Shown: positions 8,603 through 17,122 of the stretch, in pieces
How the letters are laid out: the number at the start of each line of letters is the position of its first letter
How positions within the stretch are numbered: the stretch's first letter is position 1
NCBI GenBank assembly: GCA_038043805.1
Contig: JBBTBG010000023.1
Coordinates: 1-40,428 of the forward strand
From: Nanobdellota archaeon
GTDB lineage: Archaea; Nanobdellota; Nanobdellia; Pacearchaeales; GW2011-AR1
Reading direction: 5' to 3'
DNA length: 40,428 nt
Translations under genes and position numbers: made by a program
The notes under the pieces: model-generated
Seen by the model: the letters and a program-made list of their open reading frames with translations, nothing else
What the model was told of the DNA's origin: nothing
Database searches by the model: none

Positions 8603-9814
8603 TTATTCATATCTCAACGCATCAACAGTTTTGAGTTTACTGGCGCGTCGTGCAGGCACGATACCTGAAAGAGCTCCGATCAGGAAGGCGAATATAAGGC
8701 AGCCGAAAATCAGAGAAGTTGGTGCAGCTGCCTGCAATAGAGAGGTATTGAGTTGTTGCATTGCAATAAACTCAATAGTTTTTGCAATGCCATATCCTAG
8801 AAGGACTCCAATAATACCTCCCACAATTCCCAAGAGTCCAGACTCAATCAAAAACAAAGTCAGTATATCGCTGTTCTTTGCACCCACTGCTTTCATCGTT
8901 CCAATCTCTTTTGTTCTTTCAAGAACAGATGTAAACATAGTTGTTGCAATACCAATACCTCCAACCAGCAAGGAAATAGCTGCAATTCCAAGAAGAAAGG
9001 AAGTCAGGATGGTCAGGATCGCTCCAAATGTAGCAAGAAACTCTTCAGGAGTCAAGACTGTAAAATCCTGTGTTTTTTCACTGACATGCCTAAATGTACG
9101 GAGTTTTTTCTCAACGCGGTCAGCGACTTCTCTAATGGTATTTGTACTTTCTGCCTGCACAATAATCTGGTCAACTCTTTCGCCACTTACAAATAATTCA
9201 CGAAAGTCTTCAAGAGGCATCAAGATAATCTGGTCATCTCCTGGATTTCCTTTCTCTCCCATGCTTGCTCTCACTTTAAAATCTCTTCCATTGATCATAA
9301 CTGTATTTCCCGTATGAACTTCTTTTTCAAAGAGAATTCCTTTTGCAAATTGCGAGCCAAGAGCCACAACACCGCGATCTCCTTTTCTTAAGTAACGCCC
9401 CTCATCTATTTTGTAAGCACCGCTTTCAGTATAAACATCTCCTCGATCTGTGGGAATTCCTATAATTTGAAGATATCTAGTTTGCCCTCCAAATTCAATT
9501 TTTGAGTTGCCAACAACCGCATAAGAAAGGTCTTTCACGCCTGCAACTCCATCAATCAATTCAACATCGGCAAGGCTCATCTGGCTTGCACCTCCTGCTC
9601 CAGGCCCTGCAAGCTGTCCACGAGGAAAAATAAAGAATTTGTCAGTTCCCAGCTGGCGAAATTGTTCAGTGACCGCATCCTGCAAGCCTACTGAAATGCT
9701 AATGAGCACAAAGATTGTTGCAATCGAGATGATAATTCCTAACATGGTAAGCGTTGAACGAAGTTTACGTTTCCAAAGAGTGCGGAATGCGAGGGAAAAG
9801 TAAGAAGAATTCAT
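8603..9814 (-). CDS. MacB/FtsX-type ABC transporter permease (paralog 2)
   Basis: KLRSTLTMLGIII, large extracellular domain, GGIGIATTMFTSVLERTKEIGTMKAVGA, PARRASKL..VDALRYE. Confidence 0.92.
   Translation of the reverse strand: MNSSYFSLAFRTLWKRKLRSTLTMLGIIISIATIFVLISISVGLQDAVTEQFRQLGTDKFFIFPRGQLAGPGAGGASQMSLADVELIDGVAGVKDLSYAVVGNSKIEFGGQTRYLQIIGIPTDRGDVYTESGAYKIDEGRYLRKGDRGVVALGSQFAKGILFEKEVHTGNTVMINGRDFKVRASMGEKGNPGDDQIILMPLEDFRELFVSGERVDQIIVQAESTNTIREVADRVEKKLRTFRHVSEKTQDFTVLTPEEFLATFGAILTILTSFLLGIAAISLLVGGIGIATTMFTSVLERTKEIGTMKAVGAKNSDILTLFLIESGLLGIVGGIIGVLLGYGIAKTIEFIAMQQLNTSLLQAAAPTSLIFGCLIFAFLIGALSGIVPARRASKLKTVDALRYE
8835..8905. repeat. 71-bp exact direct repeat, copy 1 (inside permease paralog 2)
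   Basis: agtccagactcaatc...ttcatcgttccaat is identical to 10630-10700. Confidence 0.93.
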
Positions 9815-10404
9815 TTCTTACACATCTCTTCTTCATCAGAATCAGGCCAGTATACGACTGTAGAATAGTCTTGTTCAATTTGACCTTGCACATATTTAAA
9901 CATTTTAGGAAGACAAAAAGGAACTTGTGCAGGAAGTAAAGCAGTCTCAACAATATCTTTTACAACCAAATACATTGCACGAACCCCAGATATTCCAATC
10001 ATGCGTTTTACTTGACTGCTATGTAATCTGAGTGCATAATCATAACGTGACTTCTGAAACTGGAGCACGTGATCGTACAACACATTTCCCAATCCCTTCA
10101 TAGTATAGATATTATTCGATGCTCGAGGATTAATAACAACGGTCCCATCTTTGTGTTCAAGAAGATTGTTAGCATAACTTTCGGCAAGCCGAACTCTTTG
10201 TTCAGGAGAATGATAGGTTGTTTGAGACATTGATATATCATTATCCAGAGTGTGTTCATGATAATTTCCTGTAGCTCTCAACTGTTCAATAAGACTCTCT
10301 GTAGAAAAAGCTTTCCAGATTATAGGAAAGTTGTCAACGAATCCATAATCATATAACTTCTCATTGGAAGCATTCTCCATTGCCAAGAATTCTTCCCACT
10401 TCAT
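9811..10404 (-). CDS. Orphan hypothetical protein between the two permeases
   Basis: 197-aa ORF with ATGA start/stop overlaps at both ends; no recognisable motif. Confidence 0.75.
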   Translation of the reverse strand: MKWEEFLAMENASNEKLYDYGFVDNFPIIWKAFSTESLIEQLRATGNYHEHTLDNDISMSQTTYHSPEQRVRLAESYANNLLEHKDGTVVINPRASNNIYTMKGLGNVLYDHVLQFQKSRYDYALRLHSSQVKRMIGISGVRAMYLVVKDIVETALLPAQVPFCLPKMFKYVQGQIEQDYSTVVYWPDSDEEEMCKK

Positions 10405-11615
10405 CCTCTCAGTGCCTCCACTGGATGTAAACGCGAGGCCTGCCAGGCAGGAATCATACCTGCAACAACTCCTAAAAGAAAAGTGAAGAGAACAGCACTG
10501 CCGATAAGAGGAAGAGAAAACGAAGCCTGCAGGAGCGTTGTTCCTAAGACAAGATTCGCTCCTGTTGCAGCACCAAAAGCAAGTCCTACACCAAGTGCAA
10601 CTCCAATCACTCCTCCAATTAAGCCTAATAGTCCAGACTCAATCAAAAACAAAGTCAGTATATCGCTGTTCTTTGCACCCACTGCTTTCATCGTTCCAAT
10701 TTCTTTTTTCCTCTCAAGAATAGAAGTAAACATTGTATTGCTCACTCCAATGCTTCCAATTAACAGGGCAATGGCGGCAATGCCCGCAACAACAATATTA
10801 ATTGCAGTCAGAATAGTATTTACACTTGAAAGAACAGCCGCAGGAGTCTGAATGGAAAAATCTTCTTCACCAACTTTTTCTCCCCGATCTTTTCTGAGCT
10901 TGCGCGTCAATGTTTCTACTGTAGACTCTGCCTCGGTAATATCACTTATCTTAATAACCAGCAAATCAATTTCATCACCGATTTGGAGAATATCTTTTAA
11001 ATTCTCTTCAGGCATAAAAATTGCATTGTTAAATTGAAGATTGCCCAGGCGCGAAAGAATGCCTGCCACCTCAAACTCTTTTCCTTGGATAACAAGTTTT
11101 GTACCTATATGAATCTCTTTCCCAAAACGTTCTTCTTTAGCTACTTCACTTCCAAGCAAAACCATGTTTCTCTCTGAGGCTTTGAGCAGCTTTCCTTGGG
11201 AGACCTTGATTTGAAAAGCAGCATATATAAAATTCAGATTTTCTTGGTCTTTCGGCAAAGAACCTGTGAAAATAAATTTTCGTTCACGATTATACTCCAC
11301 TGCTGTAACACGAATAAGGCGCGGAATTGTTGAGACCACATTAGGTACCTGTTCAACTAATTTTTGGTCATGTTCAGTTAATTTATTTACCGCCGTGCTT
11401 CCAGGAGGACCAAAAGTTGTTTCAGCATTTGTTAATACCAATCGGTCTGCAGATATTCCTGAGAACTGTCCCCTAATTGCGTTCTGTAGACCTTGTCCTA
11501 GAGAAAGAAGAGCGATCACGGCAGCAATGCCAATAATAATGCCTAACAACGTCAACCATGAGCGAATGCCTCTGTGTTTAAGGTTGCTGAGTGCAAGCTT
11601 GAATGTGTCCCACAT
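10401..11615 (-). CDS. MacB/FtsX-type ABC transporter permease (paralog 1)
   Basis: GIRSWLTLLGIIIG, NTMFTSILERKKEIGTMKAVGA, PAWQASRLHPVEALR. Confidence 0.92.
   Translation of the reverse strand: MWDTFKLALSNLKHRGIRSWLTLLGIIIGIAAVIALLSLGQGLQNAIRGQFSGISADRLVLTNAETTFGPPGSTAVNKLTEHDQKLVEQVPNVVSTIPRLIRVTAVEYNRERKFIFTGSLPKDQENLNFIYAAFQIKVSQGKLLKASERNMVLLGSEVAKEERFGKEIHIGTKLVIQGKEFEVAGILSRLGNLQFNNAIFMPEENLKDILQIGDEIDLLVIKISDITEAESTVETLTRKLRKDRGEKVGEEDFSIQTPAAVLSSVNTILTAINIVVAGIAAIALLIGSIGVSNTMFTSILERKKEIGTMKAVGAKNSDILTLFLIESGLLGLIGGVIGVALGVGLAFGAATGANLVLGTTLLQASFSLPLIGSAVLFTFLLGVVAGMIPAWQASRLHPVEALRG
10630..10700. repeat. 71-bp exact direct repeat, copy 2 (inside permease paralog 1)
   Basis: Identical to 8835-8905. 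Confidence 0.93.
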
Positions 11616-11617
11616 AG

Positions 11618-12472
11618 CTATCTCCGCGCAGCCAGTTCCTTACTTTTCTTTAAGCGCTGTCTTTTTCTAAAAGATCTCCAGGCAACCCAAAGAATAATAA
11701 TGACTATGAGAGTAAGAACGTACCAGAAGGTGTTATTTTTATTAATAATTCCTAGCTCAAGTGCTTTTTCCCTACTATAGATAGTCAAGGGAACTTCATC
11801 AGTAAGTGTTTGGTCTTTGTTGTTAAAATCTTTATAGCTAACAAAAGCAGTAAGCCTCGGTTGCTTATCTGTAAAAATAATGTCAAAGGTGGTGCTTTCA
11901 AAATCATCTGAATTGATTGTTCCGATATAGATCTGGTCTTCTGAAAGAAGTGTTGCATCCGCCACAAGGAGTTTAAGAGAAACAAAGCGTGCATCTGTCA
12001 ATCCTGCGTTAATCATCTTAAGGTTTACTTTGCTACGTTCTCCCATAACAGGTTTGTCTGCAGTTAATGTAAAGGAAAGTACACTGTTTCCCGTCACACG
12101 TATACCTATCGCACCCTTTTTGACTGTAATGTTTTTTGCATTCAAAGTATAAGGAATTTTATAATCACCAGGCTTTGCATCAGGTGAGGCTCTTAAAAGA
12201 AAAGTAAAAGTTTTTGACTTATCTTCATTTAATTTTTGGATTCCTGCTTCAGAGCTTCCAATAGGAATAAACGGCAAGTTCGTAAAATCAAGTGTAAAGG
12301 ATATTTCATGCACAGATCCAGTGCCATCATTAGTCACATCAAGTATAATCGCTCCCTCTTGTCCAGGAGACAAAGTAGGTGTCTGAACATCTTCAACAAT
12401 CAATGCGCTAGAAATAGGCATAGCTAAGTAGAGAAAAACCAGAATTCCTAAAACAAGTGCAAAATTCTTCAT
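11618..12472 (-). CDS. Secreted, C-terminally anchored Ig-like (CARDB/COG1361 S-layer-domain-like) ABC partner protein
   Basis: N-terminal signal peptide; two beta-sandwich-like repeats (VTNDG, ASPDAKPGDYKIP, INAG, IYIGTINSDD); C-terminal TM and basic tail. Start moved to ATG 12472, 21 nt from TATA at 12494-12501. Confidence 0.78.
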   Translation of the reverse strand: MKNFALVLGILVFLYLAMPISSALIVEDVQTPTLSPGQEGAIILDVTNDGTGSVHEISFTLDFTNLPFIPIGSSEAGIQKLNEDKSKTFTFLLRASPDAKPGDYKIPYTLNAKNITVKKGAIGIRVTGNSVLSFTLTADKPVMGERSKVNLKMINAGLTDARFVSLKLLVADATLLSEDQIYIGTINSDDFESTTFDIIFTDKQPRLTAFVSYKDFNNKDQTLTDEVPLTIYSREKALELGIINKNNTFWYVLTLIVIIILWVAWRSFRKRQRLKKSKELAARR

Positions 12473-12569
12473 GAAACTCCTCACAAATCTAACTTTAAAA
12501 AGGTTTCTATGATGTAACTATATAGGGAATACACAAAGAGTTTAAATACTACAAGAGTAAACTAAATAT

Positions 12570-12965
12570 ATGAAAAATTTGCTTACCTTTGCAGAAATTT
12601 CTGAGCTCGTGCGTTGTATTCCATCTCACGAGTGGGAGCATTCGTTTTCAGGAGATGCAGAACATTTGGAAGTTAGAATGGAGCGAGACGAGTTATCTCT
12701 CTCATTATTTGGAGATCAGGGAGGGCATCGAACAGGCAAGGCATCTATTGCGCTAGATACAGCAAAGGTAGAGTTGAGTTATGTGAATGGAGCCCCCTTA
12801 GTAAAATACACTGGAAGCAGAAAAGTACAAGAATTATTTTATGAGACTAGAAGGAGAGTAGATAATTATTCCGAATTCATCGAAAATCAAACAACAAGAG
12901 AGAAGTTGGGGAGACTTGGAGTTTCTCAAAGTATTATCGACAAGATTTCAACTGCTAAACCTTAA
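12570..12965 (+). CDS. Orphan hypothetical protein
   Basis: 131-aa ORF with its own TTTAAATA (12541-12548) 21 nt upstream. Confidence 0.7.
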   Translation: MKNLLTFAEISELVRCIPSHEWEHSFSGDAEHLEVRMERDELSLSLFGDQGGHRTGKASIALDTAKVELSYVNGAPLVKYTGSRKVQELFYETRRRVDNYSEFIENQTTREKLGRLGVSQSIIDKISTAKP

Positions 12966-12970
12966 GGCAA

Positions 12971-13684
12971 TCATCTCTTCCTCGTAACTCTCTCAACTTT
13001 CCCATCTTTCATCCAATAGATAATGTGAGCATATTTCTCTGCTTTCTCTGGGTCATGCGTGACCATGATAATCGTCTTTCCTTTCTGATGCAATTTCTCT
13101 AAGAAAGCCATAACTTTTTCTCCAGTTTTGGTATCAAGGTTTCCAGTAGGTTCATCCGCAAGAATAATATCTGGATCATTTGCTAGCGCGCGGGCGATAG
13201 CAACGCGTTGTTGCTGCCCTCCAGAAAGCTGATTAGGATAATGGTCGGAGCGATCTTGCAAATCGACGAGCGCAAGAAGCTTCTCTGTCTTTTCCTCACG
13301 TTCTTCTTTAGGTGTATCCTGAAAGAGCATAGGGAGCATAATATTCTCGCGCGCAGTGAGATTAGGAATGAGGTTGAATCCTTGGAAAATAAATCCAATT
13401 TTTCTGCCACGAATTTGTGCAAGCTCGGATTCTTCCAGATGCTCAATATCAAGCCCATCGAGAAAAATATCTCCTGCTGTAGCAAGATCGAGACTTCCCA
13501 CGAGGTTCATTATCGTGCTCTTTCCTGACCCGCTTGGCCCCATAATAGCCACAAAGTCTCCTTGCTGAATTTCAATAGTAACTCCATCAACTGCCTTGAC
13601 AGTAGTGTCTCCCATTTCATAGTACTTAGCCACATGCTTAAGAGTAATCAAGTTCTTCCCAGATGTTTTTTCTTGTTGTGCCAT
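12971..13684 (-). CDS. ABC transporter ATP-binding protein (LolD/MacB type)
   Basis: Walker [41 protein letters not shown]. Confidence 0.95.
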   Translation of the reverse strand: MAQQEKTSGKNLITLKHVAKYYEMGDTTVKAVDGVTIEIQQGDFVAIMGPSGSGKSTIMNLVGSLDLATAGDIFLDGLDIEHLEESELAQIRGRKIGFIFQGFNLIPNLTARENIMLPMLFQDTPKEEREEKTEKLLALVDLQDRSDHYPNQLSGGQQQRVAIARALANDPDIILADEPTGNLDTKTGEKVMAFLEKLHQKGKTIIMVTHDPEKAEKYAHIIYWMKDGKVERVTRKR

Positions 13685-13766
13685 GAAAAAACAGGAAAGA
13701 GATAGTTTAAGAAACTATCGGAAGCATTACCCAAAGTTTTAAAAACCAGTTTTGAGCATTACAGAT

Positions 13767-13964
13767 ATGATTATACCAGTGCGTTGTTTTGGATGCGGAA
13801 AGCCTGTTGGACATTTATGGGAAGAATACAAAAAGCGAGTTGACGCAGGAGAGGACGCAGGCAAAGTCCTCACAGAGCTCGGTCTCGAAAGATATTGCTG
13901 CCGCGCAGCCCTTCTAGGCCATGCAGACATGTTACCTGAAGTGACTAAGTTCAAAAAAGCGTAA
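13767..13964 (+). CDS. rpoN: DNA-directed RNA polymerase subunit N (Rpo10)
   Basis: MIIPVRCFGCGKPVGHLWEEY...LGLERYCCR zinc-binding signature; TATA at 13738-13745. Confidence 0.96.
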   Translation: MIIPVRCFGCGKPVGHLWEEYKKRVDAGEDAGKVLTELGLERYCCRAALLGHADMLPEVTKFKKA

Positions 13965-13994
13965 TTTTATAAGGTCTTATTTTTCTGAAATAGC

Positions 13995-14594
13995 ATGTCT
14001 GATAGGTTTCGCACGCTGGAAGGTTTAAGGATCTTCAATGAAGAAGATGTTGAAAGGTTTAGAAAAGAGTATGACGTATATACTTCACAAAGGAAATCTT
14101 TTTGGAAAGAAAAATTAAAGGGAATCCTCGAAAAAAATAAATACTTTGCAGATTATGCTTGTACCTTAGCATCAAATGTTATACACCATTGGCATGCTGA
14201 TTACGAAGACAAAAATGAATTGAAAGGTCGACTTTTTGAGTGTGGATTTATTCTGCCTTACATTTCTCTTGGAGGATTGGAAGAGGAGAATTTTCCTCTT
14301 GTTTCTCCGCGATTGATAATGGAAGAGCAAAGAGAAGCTGAAATGGTGCTTGCAGTTGAAGGCAAAGAAGGTGCAAAGAGAACGGCCTCTAATCAAATAA
14401 GTCAGTTGAGAAAAGAAAATGAGCTTATTTTAGCGTATTCACTTACTTTTTTAAGTCAAGGGTGGTACAATCCTCAATTTTTAAATGAAGGAAAGTCGTT
14501 TACTGCAATCACATACGATCTTATTAAAAAACAAGCAATAGAAGATAGGCTTGGGGGCTGGGCACTTCAAGACAAAACTATTCCTTTTTCATAG
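13995..14594 (+). CDS. Hypothetical protein
   Basis: 199-aa ORF; TTTATAAG (13966-13973) is 21 nt upstream; no recognisable motif. Confidence 0.72.
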   Translation: MSDRFRTLEGLRIFNEEDVERFRKEYDVYTSQRKSFWKEKLKGILEKNKYFADYACTLASNVIHHWHADYEDKNELKGRLFECGFILPYISLGGLEEENFPLVSPRLIMEEQREAEMVLAVEGKEGAKRTASNQISQLRKENELILAYSLTFLSQGWYNPQFLNEGKSFTAITYDLIKKQAIEDRLGGWALQDKTIPFS

Positions 14595-14709
14595 AGCTTA
14601 TTTCTATAAGAACATGCTCAGCCAGAGTCTTTACTTCTTTTCAAAATCAGCGCCGCATAACTTACTAAAGTGTAATCATTTTTATAAAGACGTCACTGCT
14701 TTAAGAATA

Positions 14710-15234
14710 ATGATTGACAACGAACTTGAGACAAGAATTGGCACATTTGCATTTCTGCGAAGCGAGGGAAAGACGTTGATGCTCCATCGTAACAAAGATC
14801 CTTCTGATTTTCTCTACGGAAAGTTTGTGGCTCCTGGGGGAAAATTCAAGCCAAGAGAAACTCCTCAAGAGTGTGCGGTCCGAGAATACAAAGAAGAAAC
14901 AAATCTTACTCTAGGCAATGTTTTCTACAAGGGCTGGATCTTTTTCGATAATGCAAAAAGGAACTTTCAAGGCAAGCCTGCGAAATTCAATTTCCTCGTG
15001 TATATTTTTGAGGCAACGTCTTATACAGGTAACATGAAACATCCCAAAGAAGGAGATCTCATTTGGGTTCCTGAAGAAAAACTCACAGATTTAGAAATGG
15101 AGAAAGGTGACGCATTCATCATTAAAAGAGCAGTAGAAGGAAAACCCTTACATCATAGAATTATTCTTAGCGACACAGATGCCGTAATGGAAGAATTGCC
15201 TAAAGAAGAATATGATCAATATTATATAAGGTAA
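14710..15234 (+). CDS. NUDIX hydrolase (MutT/8-oxo-dGTPase-like)
   Basis: PGGKFKPRETPQECAVREYKEETNL Nudix box, EGDLIWV; start moved to ATG 14710, 21 nt after TTTATAAA (14681-14688). Confidence 0.88.
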   Translation: MIDNELETRIGTFAFLRSEGKTLMLHRNKDPSDFLYGKFVAPGGKFKPRETPQECAVREYKEETNLTLGNVFYKGWIFFDNAKRNFQGKPAKFNFLVYIFEATSYTGNMKHPKEGDLIWVPEEKLTDLEMEKGDAFIIKRAVEGKPLHHRIILSDTDAVMEELPKEEYDQYYIR

Positions 15235-15283
15235 TTTCTTGCACGACTTATTTACAAGAGAGTGTTATCTATGTCTATCACAT

Positions 15284-15541
15284 TTATAAGGTTAGAACTT
15301 GTCTGTTTATTGAATCGCAGTTTGCACAGGCAATATTCTTATATTTTTTCGTTATTCGTATTTTACCTCTCAAAGGCAAGAGACATTTCTTACAAAATAA
15401 TCTTTTATAATCTTTAAGTTTGATACGATATTTCATCGCAAGACGTTTTATCTTTTTCAAGTCTCCAGGAGTCCATGAATTTTTTTTAAAAAACACATCA
15501 ATTTTTTTCTGTGCTTCTATTTTTGAAGAGTTCTTTCTCAT
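15284..15541 (-). CDS. rnp4: RNase P protein subunit Rpp21 (Rpr2-like), short form
   Basis: KRLAMKYRIKL...KRLFCKKC...RI...IACANCDSINR: basic protein with two CxxC pairs. Confidence 0.8.
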   Translation of the reverse strand: MRKNSSKIEAQKKIDVFFKKNSWTPGDLKKIKRLAMKYRIKLKDYKRLFCKKCLLPLRGKIRITKKYKNIACANCDSINRQVLTL

Positions 15542-15562
15542 CAAAAAAGAAGAGGAGCAAAG

Positions 15563-15570
15563 CTTAAAAA
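15563..15570. promoter_or_regulatory. Candidate bidirectional TATA box shared by rnp4 and 5S rRNA
   Basis: CTTAAAAA/TTTTTAAG is exactly 21 nt from the rnp4 ATG (15541) and from the inferred 5S 5' end (15592); A-rich BRE-like sequence lies on both sides. Confidence 0.6.
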
Positions 15571-15591
15571 CCCTTTATTCTCACTCCTACT

Positions 15592-15705
15592 GAAGACGGC
15601 CATAGTCATCAGGAAATACCTGATCCCATTCCGAACTCAGAAGTCAAGCTGGTGACGTCGGCTGTGATAGTCTCCCAACAGAGGCGAAGCACCGATGCTG
15701 TCTTC
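15592..15705 (+). rRNA. rrf: 5S ribosomal RNA (stand-alone)
   Basis: Terminal helix gaagacggc/gctgtcttc, ggccatag, and conserved loop C cctgatcccattccgaactcagaagtcaagc. Confidence 0.93.
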
Positions 15706-15806
15706 GTTATGTTCATTCTTGAAAGAGATATCTATGTGTTAGACTACAGTAGCCTATAATAGTACGGAGCCCATATATTTTTAAATATCTTTTATGCTTA
15801 AGGCAT

Positions 15807-16829
15807 ATGGAATCTGAGAGAGAGAAACTTACTAATTATTTAGATTTATTTGTTGATAAACAAGTTGCAGTTGTCGGGGACATTATGCTAGATGAATATG
15901 TGTATGGAGATATAGAACGTATTAATCCTGACTCTCCTTCTGTGCCGCTCCTGAAAGTGACTGGATCTTCATACGTGCTTGGGGGCGCGGGGAATGTTGC
16001 AGCAAATGTCTCTGCCTTGGGGGCTGCGCGCGTTATACTCTTTGGTTTGCTTGGACGTGAGAAAGAGAGTGCAGGCAAGGCTGAGTTTTTAACACTCAAA
16101 AATAGATTTTATAATGCCGCTCTAGGAGAAGCGGCACGTTCTGCAGGTGTTGAGCTTGTTGTTGAATATGAGGGAGAGACTAATGTGAAACAACGGTTAC
16201 GAGAGCAGGAACATGACGGATATCTTGCGCGTAGTGATTGGGGAGAAGTAGACATGCACCCAATAAGCTCTACATCAAAGATTAGGTTATTCTCTGAACT
16301 TTCACAGAGAAAGAATTTAGATGCAATAATCCTTTCAGATTATAATAAACGAATGTTCACAAGTGGATTTAGCGTAGATATTATTAACTTTGCGCGAAGA
16401 AAAAGTATTCCTGTTTTTGCAGATCCGAAGCCGCGTAACATAGCTTATTATATGAACGCAACGATGATCCGCCCGAACGAGAAGGAAGCCAGAGAGATGA
16501 TTGGCCTTTTTGACAAAGATGTTGAGGCAGTTGCGCGCGCGCTTTGTAATCAAACAAAAAGCAAGATGGTTGTGGTTACTTGTGGCAGAAAAGGGATGCT
16601 TGGATATGATGGGGAAAGTTATGAAGTTCCTACGCATGCCCGCTCTGTCTCTGACGTCACTGGCGCAGGAGATACAGTTATTGCGGCGCTTGCGCTTAGT
16701 ATTCTTTCAGGAGCAGCATTGCCTGAAGCGCTTGCCATTGCGAATTATGCGGCGAGTGTTGTTGTTGAGAAAGCAGGGACTGCAACTGTCACGCAAGAAG
16801 AATTGAGAAAAAGAATTCAAGAATTTTAA
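15807..16829 (+). CDS. PfkB-family kinase, RfaE/HldE kinase-domain type (D-glycero-beta-D-manno-heptose-7-phosphate kinase-like)
   Basis: VVGDIMLDEYVYG, LGGAGNVAANV, ILSDYNK, ADPKP, PNEKEA, DVTGAGDTVIA. Confidence 0.82.
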   Translation: MESEREKLTNYLDLFVDKQVAVVGDIMLDEYVYGDIERINPDSPSVPLLKVTGSSYVLGGAGNVAANVSALGAARVILFGLLGREKESAGKAEFLTLKNRFYNAALGEAARSAGVELVVEYEGETNVKQRLREQEHDGYLARSDWGEVDMHPISSTSKIRLFSELSQRKNLDAIILSDYNKRMFTSGFSVDIINFARRKSIPVFADPKPRNIAYYMNATMIRPNEKEAREMIGLFDKDVEAVARALCNQTKSKMVVVTCGRKGMLGYDGESYEVPTHARSVSDVTGAGDTVIAALALSILSGAALPEALAIANYAASVVVEKAGTATVTQEELRKRIQEF

Positions 16830-17020
16830 TTCTTTTGCCGTGTTGGCATTCTGTTTTTCTTTCCGATACTAGAGTACAGATGAGCTTCGTAGATTCCAGA
16901 AGGAGAGGAGAGCCGCAAACTCAAAAAGAGATATCCTATCTCTAGACAAGATACTTGATTTGGGTCTTGTAGATTGACATTCCCAAAACTTTAAATTCGC
17001 CTAATTGTTTGCCAGCGTAC

Positions 17021-17104
17021 GCGGGGATGCCGGAGCGGTCAAACGGGACAGACTCAAGATCTGTTGGCTTAGTGCCTTCGGAGGTTCGAATCCTCCTCCC
17101 CGCA
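17021..17104 (+). tRNA. tRNA-Leu(CAA), long variable arm, CCA not encoded
   Basis: Acceptor stem gcgggga/tccccgc, anticodon arm acaga-ctCAAga-tctgt, T arm ggagg-ttcgaat-cctcc. Confidence 0.96.
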
Positions 17105-17122
17105 TGAAGAATAGAATTCGAT

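Noticed and set aside
8835-10700. 71-bp repeat as a diversity-generating retroelement TR/VR pair or a CRISPR repeat
   Set aside because: The copies are identical (no adenine-specific mismatches), only two exist, both are inside coding paralogs, and no reverse transcriptase or cas gene is present.
8544-11780. Long + strand ORFs antisense to the ABC permeases (8544..9317, 10483..10851, 11266..11670)
   Set aside because: Antisense shadows of well-supported genes, with no motifs or promoters. The same reasoning applies to the other short overlapping track ORFs.
16876-16977. Protein-like open stretch (TDELRRFQKERRAANSKRDILSLDKILDLGLVD) and two weak hairpins upstream of tRNA-Leu
   Set aside because: No start codon after the preceding in-frame stop, only 33 codons, and stems of 7 bp or less. 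Possibly a gene remnant but not supportable.
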